Below, in pieces: positions 7,687-16,132 of a stretch of 38,530 bases of DNA (its first letter is position 1; each line of letters opens with the position of its first letter). The notes beneath the pieces were generated by a model. It was not told the origin of the DNA. It did no database searches and saw nothing but the letters and a program-made list of their open reading frames with translations. The translations under genes were made by a program, and so were the position numbers. The stretch lies in IMG/VR virus record IMGVR_UViG_3300049455_000021, positions 1-38,530 of that record. One strand, 5' to 3'. Source of the stretch: a virus. Lineage: Duplodnaviria; Caudoviricetes.

Positions 7687-8801
7687 GAGGCCGACTCCTC
7701 ATCGGTCTTGAACGGGACGTCGCCGCGCGGCTTGATGGACTTCCACGCCATGTCGGCGACGTCGCGACCGTCGTACAGCCGGAACAGGGCAGCGGCACGG
7801 CGGGACTTGACCGCCTCCGTCGCGAACGACTTCCGGTCCAGGCCGGCCGGGATCGCAGCGAAGTCCGTCTCCGCGTCGGCGATGAACTCGGCCACCGCCG
7901 ACCGCTGACGGGCCGCCACCTGGTCAACCCAGTCGCGGAACTCGTCCGGCACCCGGTCGAAGAGTGTCGCCAGGTCGTGGCCAGAGGCTTGCGCCTCCCA
8001 CACAGTGCGCTCGTTCGTGCCGGTGTACAGCTTGTGGAGCGTCAGGTACGAGGAGAGCTTGAGCTTCGTCCGGATGCCGGACTCGAAGCGGATGACCCAG
8101 CCCTCCGCATCCATGCCGCTGGCGCGGTCACCATCGAGGGTGGTGTCTGCGGCGGCGAGCTTCTCAAGCTCCGTCACGTCCGAGTGAAGGCCCCAGGTGC
8201 GGACCACGGGGCCTATCGGCGCCCAGTCGGGGGCAATGGCCGAGAGGAGTTCCTCGGTGCCGTCAGCGGGCCGATACGCGGCGAGGAGCATCAACTCCTG
8301 TCGGGTGCCGTAGTCGACGACGATGCGGTTGCTGGGGTAGATCGCCTCGGCGAGGTACGTGAGGCCGGTGTCGAGCTGGCTGGTATCGGAGCGGTCGATC
8401 ACGGCCTGCGCCCACTGGGCCTGCTCGGAGGTGAACGAGCCCTTCGACGCGGCGTGCCACTGGCCGTCGTGGTGGTAGACGATCGCCAGGGAGCCGTCGG
8501 CCTTGTCGAAGATCTCGAACGGCTCGGCTGGCAGGGCTGGCGCGAAGTCGTGGGCGCCGTGCATTGCGGTGACGAAGATCTTCGGGAACGGGAGGGCCAC
8601 GATCCGGCCGGTCTCGTTGTGGGCGATGAGGCCGCGGCACTGCATGGTGACGGGGGTCCAGATGTTCCCGTACTGGCAGCGCTCGGTGTACGTGTAGATC
8701 GACAGGGGCTGGGTGGGGTGGGTCTTGCGGGTGACGTGGCCTGCGTCGATCGCTGCGGTGAGGTCGGCCGGGTCGAACAGGTCGGCGAGGGTGAGGTTCA
8801 C
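7683..8801 (-). CDS. RNA ligase, T4 Rnl1 (RnlA) family
   Basis: CRGLI, PFPKIF, KADGSL (motif I), EAIYPSNRIVVDY, EGWVI, KLK motifs. Confidence 0.88.
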   Translation of the reverse strand: MNLTLADLFDPADLTAAIDAGHVTRKTHPTQPLSIYTYTERCQYGNIWTPVTMQCRGLIAHNETGRIVALPFPKIFVTAMHGAHDFAPALPAEPFEIFDKADGSLAIVYHHDGQWHAASKGSFTSEQAQWAQAVIDRSDTSQLDTGLTYLAEAIYPSNRIVVDYGTRQELMLLAAYRPADGTEELLSAIAPDWAPIGPVVRTWGLHSDVTELEKLAAADTTLDGDRASGMDAEGWVIRFESGIRTKLKLSSYLTLHKLYTGTNERTVWEAQASGHDLATLFDRVPDEFRDWVDQVAARQRSAVAEFIADAETDFAAIPAGLDRKSFATEAVKSRRAAALFRLYDGRDVADMAWKSIKPRGDVPFKTDEESAS

Positions 8802-9220
8802 GGTGTGGGCTCCTTTGGGTCCTGGATGGCGGTGGCGAGTTGGGTGAGTTTGTGGTCCCACCAGTGGGCGATGAGGTGGGCCCGGGGTGGGGGTCCGGAC
8901 CGGCGCCAGTCGGCGAGGAGGTGCCGGGTTCGCTGTACGGCCGCTGGGGCGCCCTGGACGGGGGGCGGCGGCCCGATGGTCGGCCGGACGTCCCGGAGCG
9001 TCAGGACGCCCTGCTGTAGCCCCAGGGCGACGGCGTGCGCGCGGTCGCGGGCGCCGAGCTTCTTGTATGTGCGGGCGAGGTGGGACTTGACGGTGTCTGT
9101 GGTGAGGAACAGGTGCGTGCCGATTTGGGCGTTCGGCAGGCCGTTGGCCGCTGCTCGCAGCACCTGGACCTCGCGGTCGGTCAACGGCTGGCCGAGGCGG
9201 GCCGGGGCCGGGGTGCTCAC
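8798..9220 (-). CDS. LuxR-type HTH regulator
   Basis: LTDREVQVL..GLPNAQIG..L...TVKSHLARTYKKLGARDR. Confidence 0.88.
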   Translation of the reverse strand: MSTPAPARLGQPLTDREVQVLRAAANGLPNAQIGTHLFLTTDTVKSHLARTYKKLGARDRAHAVALGLQQGVLTLRDVRPTIGPPPPVQGAPAAVQRTRHLLADWRRSGPPPRAHLIAHWWDHKLTQLATAIQDPKEPTP

Positions 9221-9402
9221 GGGTTGGGCTCCTCGTAGTGGGCGGTGATGGTGGCGAACGCGAGGTCGACGGCGGTCTGTTCGGCGAAGGCCCGTGCCTG
9301 GCGGGTGATCAGCCGGCCGGGCAGCCGGTGCAGGTCCCAGGCGAGGGCGGCGATGGTGAGCGCGCTGGCGGCGATGAGGGCGGCGAGCTGGGCGGCGGTC
9401 AC
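9217..9402 (-). CDS. small membrane protein
   Basis: GTGA overlaps at both ends; N-terminal hydrophobic helix. Confidence 0.55.
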   Translation of the reverse strand: MTAAQLAALIAASALTIAALAWDLHRLPGRLITRQARAFAEQTAVDLAFATITAHYEEPNP

Positions 9403-9518
9403 CGCTCGTCCCGCCAACGCTCGGCGGTGCGGTCTGCTCGGGCGGCGGTGCGGCACAGGCCGGCGACGAGCAGCAGCACCAGGACGGCGACGACGGCGGC
9501 GATCAGCAGCCACATCAC
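9399..9518 (-). CDS. small single-TM protein (39 aa)
   Basis: MMWLLIAAVVAVLVLLLVAGLC...; coupled overlaps. Confidence 0.55.
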   Translation of the reverse strand: MMWLLIAAVVAVLVLLLVAGLCRTAARADRTAERWRDER

Positions 9519-9784
9519 GACGCACCGCCGAGGATCTGCCGGGCCACCGCGAGGGCGGCCTGCCAGACGGCCGGGTCCTGCTCGGTGCCGGTGGCCTGAA
9601 CGTGCGTGTCGAGGTAGTCGTCCATCTCGGTGGCGATGGCGGTCAGCAGGCTGGCGAGCTGCGGTTCCTCGGCGGCTGCGGTGCGGAGTTCGGCGGAGAG
9701 CCTCTTGGCGGCGTTGATGCTGCGCTTGGCGGCCAGGCGCTCGCGGGCGGCTTCACGGTCGAGGGGGACGGTGACTGTGAACAT
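9515..9784 (-). CDS. hypothetical protein
   Basis: 89 aa, GGAGGAG RBS. Confidence 0.65.
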   Translation of the reverse strand: MFTVTVPLDREAARERLAAKRSINAAKRLSAELRTAAAEEPQLASLLTAIATEMDDYLDTHVQATGTEQDPAVWQAALAVARQILGGAS

Positions 9785-9937
9785 CGGTGCTCCTCCGGGG
9801 TGGGGGCCGGCCGCCAGGTTGGGCGGCCGGCAGGGGTGGACGGTCAGCAGGGGATGGGGTCGTCGCCGGGGGTCGGCGGAGGCTCAGAGCGGTCAGGCAT
9901 GCGGGGCTCCTTGGGTTGTCGGGGTGGGCCGGGCAGA

Positions 9938-10156
9938 TCAGGCGGCGGGGAGGCGGGTTCTGCGGAGGTCCACTCCGGGCTGCCCGTAGTCGACTTCGGC
10001 GCGGCACCACTGGCCGTAGCCGTCCGGGTCCCAGCGCTTGTGCCAGCGGGTGATGCGGATGGACCCGTCGCCGTCCTTCGGGTTGTAGACCGCGACGGGG
10101 CGGTCATAGGTGGGGCAGTCGCTGTACTCGGTCCAGGGGCTCGGGGTGCGGGCCAT
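9938..10156 (-). CDS. hypothetical protein
   Basis: AGGAG RBS; MARTPSPWTEYSDC... Confidence 0.6.
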   Translation of the reverse strand: MARTPSPWTEYSDCPTYDRPVAVYNPKDGDGSIRITRWHKRWDPDGYGQWCRAEVDYGQPGVDLRRTRLPAA

Positions 10157-10181
10157 GGTCTTCTCCTGGGTGGTGGCGGGG

Positions 10182-11383
10182 TCAGGCAGCGGCACGGGCA
10201 GGCAGTTGGGCGGCGGCGGCCTGCTGATGGAGCAGGCGGAGGGCAGCCTCGGCCTGGAGCGGCACGACGCCGTTGCCGAGGGCCTTCAACTGGGCGGTAC
10301 GGGACAGGCCGGGAACCTCGGTTACCCAGCCCGCCGGAAGCCCCATCAAGAACTCGACGAAGGGCGGCGCCAACCTGCCCCGCTCATTGGTCGGCGACGG
10401 AGCGGCACGACCGATCACTGCTTCCCACCGGTGGACGGCGGCGGCGTAGCGGCCCCAAGGTGCTCGATCACATCCGCAATCGACGGCTGATGGCCGCCCG
10501 CTCTGCGCTTCGCCGGGTGCTGCGTTCCCCCGTTGATCGCCAGGTTGGACGTGGGCGTCGGCAGCAGCGAGGCCGCTGATGGCGGTTCGCAGGTCGGGGC
10601 CTCCATCACCGTGCTGCCCCCCCCGTGACTGTCCGACGTCCGAGGTGTCGGCAGGAGTTGCGCCACCGCCGAGGGCAACGCGAGGTCGCCCTTGGAGCCG
10701 CGCTGGTTCGGGCCGCCCTTCTCCCCGTCCGACGCCCGCGGGGTGGGGAACAGCTTGCGTACCTGCTCGTGAAGGCCGTCCTTCCCGCCGTCCTTCCAGT
10801 CCCGGGCTCGGGGCGTCGGCAGGCCATGCGGTGATGAAGACCCGGAAGCGTTCGTGGGCGGCTCCGACGGCGGAGGCGGGTACACCACGCCACTCCGCAT
10901 CGAACCCGAGGCCGGCCAGGTCTGCGAGAACAGCGCCAAGTGCCCGCAGAGGATGCTCTCCGCCCCCCCGTGATCTCCCAGACACCACGGGCAGGGCTCC
11001 ATGTCGCTATCGGCTCGGGCACTGAGGAGACCTCTCACGTTCTCGATGACGACCAGGGATGGCCGAAGTTCTCGGATTGCGCGGGCAACGTGCAGCCACA
11101 GCCCGGAGCGGGTGCCTTCGGCGATGCCCGCGCGCTGACCAGCGACGCTGACGTCCTGGCAGGGGAACCCGGCGGTGAGGATCTCGACGGGTTCGACCTG
11201 GGCGTAGTCGACGGCCGTTATGTCGCCGAGGTTGGGGATGTGCGGGTGGCGGTGGGCGAGGATCGCGGACGCGCCGGGGTCTATGTCGGCGTGCCAGGCG
11301 ACGGTGCCGCTGTATACGGCCTGGACGGCCATGTCGAGGCCGCCGTAGCCGGTGCAGAGGCTGCCGATGCGGGGCGGTGTCAT
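10182..11383 (-). pseudogene. C5 cytosine DNA methyltransferase, frameshifted at a G7 run
   Basis: N-part SLCTGYGG, GDI, FPCQ, ENV in one frame; C-part HERFRVF, EFLMGLP, LGNGVV in another; switch at C7 10963-10969. Confidence 0.85.
10415..11022 (-). other. overlapping alternative-frame ORF with LPTP repeats, broken by the same G7 run
   Basis: GTG 11022 MPEPIATWSPARGVWE joins LCGHLALFSQTWPASG..LPTP/FPTP repeats if one G is added. Confidence 0.55.
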
Positions 11384-11399
11384 CGCGGGTCCTTTCGGG

Positions 11400-11804
11400 T
11401 CAGGCAGACGGGACAGCAGCAGCGGGGGCAGCGGGGTCGGTGAGGATCATCTGGACGGCCCAGATCGCGTCGCCGTAGCCGTCGGCGTGGTGGTACTGCT
11501 CGGGGTCCATCTGCTCCAGCTGCTCTCTGTCGGCGAAGTCGAGAGCGAGGACGGCGTTGATGCGGCCCTTCGCGGTGGCGAGTTCGGCGCGGACCCGGCC
11601 CAACTCGGCGCGGTCCCGGTACAGCGGGCCGAGCTCGTCCGAGCACGCGTCAACGATCGCGGCCGCGACGTCCGAAGCGTCGAACCCCTCGGGGCAGCGC
11701 TGCTGGAACAGCCGGACGATGCCCTCAATGGCGGTGTGCATCTCGGCGAGCGCCTCGCTGATGGTGTCGGCGAGTTGCTGGTCGGTGAGCGGGGTGGTGG
11801 TCAC
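11400..11804 (-). CDS. hypothetical protein
   Basis: GAGGAG RBS, GTG start. Confidence 0.65.
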   Translation of the reverse strand: MTTTPLTDQQLADTISEALAEMHTAIEGIVRLFQQRCPEGFDASDVAAAIVDACSDELGPLYRDRAELGRVRAELATAKGRINAVLALDFADREQLEQMDPEQYHHADGYGDAIWAVQMILTDPAAPAAAVPSA

Positions 11805-11814
11805 GTCGGTCTCC

Positions 11815-12018
11815 TCAGGTGTTGAAGCGGATGCGGACGAGGTCGAGCACGGCGTCGTCGTCGTGCTGAGCGGCGATCCGGTGCAGGTGCAGGGCGCAGG
11901 CCGTGTACCAGTTCCGCTCCCAGGAGTCACCGCGCTGCCGGACCTTCCAGGTGGGCGGGATCTTGCACTGCCCGGTGTCTGCGCCCTCACAGGCCGGGCG
12001 CTCAGGGGTGGTGGTCAC
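11815..12018 (-). CDS. hypothetical protein
   Basis: GGAGGG RBS, GTG start; Cys/His motifs. Confidence 0.6.
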   Translation of the reverse strand: MTTTPERPACEGADTGQCKIPPTWKVRQRGDSWERNWYTACALHLHRIAAQHDDDAVLDLVRIRFNT

Positions 12019-12019
12019 G

Positions 12020-12358
12020 TCAGCCCTCCAGGGCGGTGGTGGTGCGGGCGGCGACGCAGGCCGGGCAGAAGTCGCCGGCCTCGGTGCAGGACCAGCCCGC
12101 AGTACGGCGGAGGTGGTCGCGGGCGATCTCGAACCGCTCGGGCCTGGTAGTGCGATCGCTGACCACGAAGTCGTTGCGCACCTCGGTGCCACAGTGGTCG
12201 CAGTAGACGCCGATCGCGGCCGGGTACTTCTCGCCGTCGAACGCGCCGGACGCTTCGTCGGGGCCGCAGGTGCAGCGCTGGCTGATGCCGCCGACGTAGG
12301 CGCAGTACTGGTCGTGGCCGCCGTTCGGCGGAAAGTCGCGGGCGGTGGTGTCGGTCAT
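12020..12358 (-). CDS. Cys-rich (zinc-binding) hypothetical protein
   Basis: CTC, CDHC, CPAC motifs. Confidence 0.65.
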   Translation of the reverse strand: MTDTTARDFPPNGGHDQYCAYVGGISQRCTCGPDEASGAFDGEKYPAAIGVYCDHCGTEVRNDFVVSDRTTRPERFEIARDHLRRTAGWSCTEAGDFCPACVAARTTTALEG

Positions 12359-12412
12359 CCTCTGGCTCCTGGTTGGGGTGGTCTGGCGTTGCGCACGGCT
12401 GCTGGTGGCTGC

Positions 12413-13090
12413 TCAGGCGGCGCGGCGTTCGGCTTCGGCTACGAGCTCGGCGAGGGCCCGGCGTATCGGGGAGCGGTTGATGCCGCTGGTGCCGAGCTCT
12501 TGGGGGACGAAGCCGGTCCAGCATTCGGGCCGGATGTTGATCGGGGCTTTGGCGAGGCGTTCGGCGAGGTCTTCGTGGGCGAGGACGAGTCCGCGGCGGC
12601 GCTTGTTTTCGGCGTGGGCTTGGGCGCCTACGCCTTCCCACATGCGTTTGAGGTCGCCCTCGAGGCGCATGGCGCTGAGGTCTTCTTCTTCGTAGGCGAG
12701 TGCTGCGATTTCGGGGGCGCCTGGGCCGATGGCGGTGCGTGGGCGGGGGATGTGGCCGGTTTGGACGGCTACTTGGCGGGTGGCGAGGAGTTCGGCGTTG
12801 TAGGCGATGGGGTCGTCGGGGTCGGCGGTGGGGACGGGGTCGACGTATCGCTGTGCCCGGTCTTTGACGTGGATGCGCCATTGGTCGGCGACGTCGGCGG
12901 GTTTCACCTGGAAGGGGCTCTTGGCGTAGTGCCGGCCGACGGCGTTGAGGGCGAACTCGAGGTCGACGTCGGCGAGGGCGACGGCCCAGAGGGCGGCCAT
13001 GGCCATGGCTTCGGCCGGGTCGCCGGGCAGGAGTCGGGGGTCGGCGAGGCTGACTTGCTTGAGGAAGGTGGGGAGTTGGTCGGGGGTCAT
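12413..13090 (-). CDS. helicase loader/inhibitor-like protein downstream of the initiator
   Basis: ADPR..LWAVALADVD..ALNAVGRHY..VKPADV pattern; ATGA overlap with the initiator. Confidence 0.55.
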   Translation of the reverse strand: MTPDQLPTFLKQVSLADPRLLPGDPAEAMAMAALWAVALADVDLEFALNAVGRHYAKSPFQVKPADVADQWRIHVKDRAQRYVDPVPTADPDDPIAYNAELLATRQVAVQTGHIPRPRTAIGPGAPEIAALAYEEEDLSAMRLEGDLKRMWEGVGAQAHAENKRRRGLVLAHEDLAERLAKAPINIRPECWTGFVPQELGTSGINRSPIRRALAELVAEAERRAA

Positions 13091-13974
13091 GCGGTCTCTC
13101 CCGGGGCGAGGGCGCGGGCGGCGTCGTCGAAGAACGACCGCTTCATCTGGTTCTGGGTGGGCGGGCCGCTGGGGAGGGGAGCCGTTCGGAGGGCTGGCAG
13201 GGTGCTGCCTGGCTCGGGCTCGGCTGCTTGGGGGAGGTCGGGCATTTGCTGCCAGATCCGGGTGAGGTACCGGGCGGTCTTCGGCGGGTTGTTGTGGTTC
13301 CAGCGGTCGCGGGTGAAGGCGACCATGAACGGCACGCCGCAGCGCTTGATGTGGGAGTGGACTGCGAACCACTCGGTTTCGCCGAGGCCCCATGTGACGG
13401 CCATGCCAGCGGCGGTCATTTGCCGGACGAGGTCGTTGGCGAAGGCGGGGATGAGCGGGCCGACGGGTGCCGTTCGTTCGATCGATCCACCCTTGGTGGA
13501 AGTGGGTTGGTAGAGGGGTCCGGTTTCCGGACCCTTATTGGTCCGGTTTCCGTACCCATGGGGTCCGGTTTCCGGACCAAGAGGCTTATCCGTCTCGGTC
13601 CGGTTTCCGGACCCTGCCTCGGGGCTCTCGGTCTCGTTTCCGTACCGAGAGGGTTCCTCTCTTGGTCCGGTTTCCGTACCAAGAGATCCGCGCTGGGGTC
13701 GCCTGTGCCCGACGGCGAGGGGCAGCGCGTACACGGCCGCGCGGCTCCCACTGGCGGGGGCGAGCATCTTCAACTCGCCGGACTCGAGGAGCTTGTCCAC
13801 TGCGGTGACGACCGAGGACTTGGCGGCGTTTGACCACTGCATGAACTCGGCGGTGCTGACGGATGCTGAGCAGTCGGCCCCGGGCGCCTTGTTGGCGACG
13901 GCGAGCAGGCAGTGCCGGCCGGTCCCCTTGGACTGGGAGTGCAGCCACACCCAGTACATGGCGTCGAGGGTCAC
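13087..13974 (-). CDS. phage replication initiator (N-terminal wHTH, lambda O-like layout)
   Basis: N-terminal CLLAVAN...VVTAVDKLLESGEL wHTH; internal iterons. Confidence 0.75.
   Translation of the reverse strand: MTLDAMYWVWLHSQSKGTGRHCLLAVANKAPGADCSASVSTAEFMQWSNAAKSSVVTAVDKLLESGELKMLAPASGSRAAVYALPLAVGHRRPQRGSLGTETGPREEPSRYGNETESPEAGSGNRTETDKPLGPETGPHGYGNRTNKGPETGPLYQPTSTKGGSIERTAPVGPLIPAFANDLVRQMTAAGMAVTWGLGETEWFAVHSHIKRCGVPFMVAFTRDRWNHNNPPKTARYLTRIWQQMPDLPQAAEPEPGSTLPALRTAPLPSGPPTQNQMKRSFFDDAARALAPGETA
13517..13680. repeat. six 17-bp iterons, putative replication origin
   Basis: GGTCCGGTTTCCG(G/T)ACC at 13517, 13540, 13562, 13597, 13630 (variant), 13664. Confidence 0.85.
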
Positions 13975-14015
13975 AGTGCCTTCTCTCGGTGGTGCGGTCT
14001 GGTGGTGGTTGGTGG

Positions 14016-14052
14016 CCCGGGGCGGGGGGCTTGAGGCCGGCCCCGCCCCGGG
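14016..14052. terminator. hairpin upstream of the initiator gene
   Basis: CCCGGGGCGGGG / CCCCGCCCCGGG 12-bp stem. Confidence 0.5.
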
Positions 14053-14070
14053 ACGTAAGGGGTGGAGCGG

Positions 14071-14430
14071 TCAGGCCGGGTGCGCACAGTTCGCGAAATG
14101 GCCGCCGCTGGTGGCGACGCGGTCCCACAGGTCGCGGGAGGCGTACTCGTCTCGGTCCGGTCCGATGACGCGGGCGCAGATCACGTCGGTGTCTTGCGTC
14201 CAGTCGGTCCAGTCCGCGACGGCGGCGGCGCCCTGATGGGCATCCTCGGCAGTCGGGTAGGCGGCGAGCAGGAGGCCGGAGTGGTGGCCGAGGCGCCAGC
14301 GGCACGGCGCGTCGCGGTCGACGTTGGCGGGGATCTCGTAGACGTACAGGCCGGGTGTGGCGGGCTGGGCCTGTACGGTTTCGGGGCCGAGCGCGGCCTG
14401 GATGGTGTGGGTGATGGTCGCGACGTTCAC
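14071..14430 (-). CDS. hypothetical protein (alternative start 14520)
   Basis: GGAG RBS before GTG at 14430. Confidence 0.6.
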   Translation of the reverse strand: MNVATITHTIQAALGPETVQAQPATPGLYVYEIPANVDRDAPCRWRLGHHSGLLLAAYPTAEDAHQGAAAVADWTDWTQDTDVICARVIGPDRDEYASRDLWDRVATSGGHFANCAHPA

Positions 14431-14516
14431 CGGGGCTCCATGGGTGTGGTGGGTGGTTCGGGGTGTCCGGCGGTGGCGGCCGGGGTGCGGGCCGCGAGGG
14501 ACGCCGCAGGTGACGG

Positions 14517-15356
14517 TCATCCGGCGATCTCCGGGACCGACAGGTCGGCGCGGGCGTGAGCCGCACAGACGGCGTTCCAGCTGATGCCGAGGCGTTCGGC
14601 GATCGCTTCGCGGTTGAGGCCCTGCCGGGCGAGCTCGGCGGTGTCCTCGACGACCGCGTCGACCCGCGTTGCCCGCCTGCCGTACTGGGGTTGCTCGTTC
14701 GGGTCGCCGATGTTGTCCCACGCCCCGGCGGGGTGCCACCCGCGGGAAGCCGCGTATCGGCGGCTACGGTCCGCGATCCAGCCGGGGACGCCGTGGGCTT
14801 CGGGCCGCTGGTGCCACAAGTTGATGTACAGATCGCGGATTTGCTGCTCGGTGTGCAGGTGGACTTTGCCGGTGCCGGTCTGGCGGAGCAGGAGCCCGAC
14901 GTTCTGGGGGGTGCAGCCGAGACGCTCGGCGAGGACTGTGGCGGGCCAGCCAGCCCGGGCGAGGGCTTGGAGGCGCCGCCAGGTGGCAGTGGCGTCCGTG
15001 TTCGCGCAGCTGATGACGGAGGGGGTGCCGTGCGGGATGGGAACGGCCAGGATGCTGGTTTCGGTGGCGCGGTTGATGCGGGTCTCGGCGTCGGCGGCGC
15101 GGTAGAGGGCGTCGCCGCCGATCTGGGCGGCCCGCATGATCGCGGTGTCGTCCATGCCTGCGAGGCGGAGCGCGCGGATGTGGGCGGCGGCGCGGGTGGC
15201 CGGGATTCGGCCGGGGTTCCCGGTGTGGCGCCGGTATTCGAGGATCTTGCGGTAGCGGGCCTGGGCCGTCGTGCAGGTGGTGCAGCGGCACCCGCGGCCG
15301 TAGCGGCGGTGGTCGCCATGGGCGAACTGCTCGGCGGGGATCGCGACGGTCGTCAC
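14517..15356 (-). CDS. multi-HTH protein with N-terminal Cys/His motif, paralog of 5049..5813
   Basis: HG..Y..GCRCTTC; RRLQAL..GW; C-terminal HTH. Confidence 0.7.
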   Translation of the reverse strand: MTTVAIPAEQFAHGDHRRYGRGCRCTTCTTAQARYRKILEYRRHTGNPGRIPATRAAAHIRALRLAGMDDTAIMRAAQIGGDALYRAADAETRINRATETSILAVPIPHGTPSVISCANTDATATWRRLQALARAGWPATVLAERLGCTPQNVGLLLRQTGTGKVHLHTEQQIRDLYINLWHQRPEAHGVPGWIADRSRRYAASRGWHPAGAWDNIGDPNEQPQYGRRATRVDAVVEDTAELARQGLNREAIAERLGISWNAVCAAHARADLSVPEIAG

Positions 15357-16132
15357 TGGGCACCGCCAGCAGTGCGCTCCCTGCCGATGCGGGCGACCAT
15401 CGCGCCGATCTGCTCCTGCTCGCCGACCTCGTTGGTGACCAGCGCGCCGACCTGTCGGGTCTGCTGCAGTTCGACGTGGATCTGCCGGAGGCGGGCAATA
15501 CTGGTGTCCGGGTTGGCGATTTCGTCGAGGTACGACGCGGCGGGGCGGATCGGGGCCTCACCGCGGTCGACGTGCGAGGCGTCTGGGTCCTTGTCGTGGG
15601 TGGGCGTGAGGCCGCCGGTCAGCAGCAGCACCCGCAGCGCGACGGACTGGGCCTTGGCGGTGCCCTTGTCCGCGGAGTCGAGGGCCTCGCCCTGCGACTG
15701 CGCGGTGAGGGTGTCGCCCTTCGGGCCGATGATCTGCCAGGTGACGCGCACGGTGCACTCGCGCATCTTGTTGCCCTTGGACGTGGTGGTGTCGCGGTAT
15801 TCCGCCTCGACAGCCACGGGCAGCACGCTGACGCCGTGCTTGAGCGTCAGGGGCCCGAAGACGTTGACGACCGTGTCGACGCCTCGGAAGTTGTAGCGGG
15901 TGCCGGCTGCGTTGTACTGCTCGCCCTTGGCGATGCCTCGCACGTCGCGGCGGACGCGGAGCCACGCAAGGTGCACGGGGATCATGTCCGGGTCGCCGTC
16001 GCCGGGTTCGTACTGGCCGAGATCGGGGATCGTTTCGGGCTGGTAGGTGGTCAGCTCCGGCTCAGCGGCGGGGCTGTCGTCGGTGCGGCCGGCCTTCGCG
16101 GCGGCGCGTTCCGCCAGCGTCGGGGTCGTCAT
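15353..16132 (-). CDS. ERF-family single-strand annealing protein
   Basis: YNFRGVD, GEALDSADKGTAKAQSVA, DPD motifs; adjacent to the exonuclease. Confidence 0.85.
   Translation of the reverse strand: MTTPTLAERAAAKAGRTDDSPAAEPELTTYQPETIPDLGQYEPGDGDPDMIPVHLAWLRVRRDVRGIAKGEQYNAAGTRYNFRGVDTVVNVFGPLTLKHGVSVLPVAVEAEYRDTTTSKGNKMRECTVRVTWQIIGPKGDTLTAQSQGEALDSADKGTAKAQSVALRVLLLTGGLTPTHDKDPDASHVDRGEAPIRPAASYLDEIANPDTSIARLRQIHVELQQTRQVGALVTNEVGEQEQIGAMVARIGRERTAGGAQ

Noticed and set aside
9844-9900. 18-codon ORF MPDRSEPPPTPGDDPIPC after AAGGAG
   Set aside because: Has an RBS but is too short to support without expression or conservation data
10182-11383. Restriction-modification system
   Set aside because: No endonuclease gene adjacent; orphan methyltransferase in the early region
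13517-13680. CRISPR array
   Set aside because: Repeats are 17 bp with 5-18 bp gaps, lie inside a coding gene, and no cas genes are present
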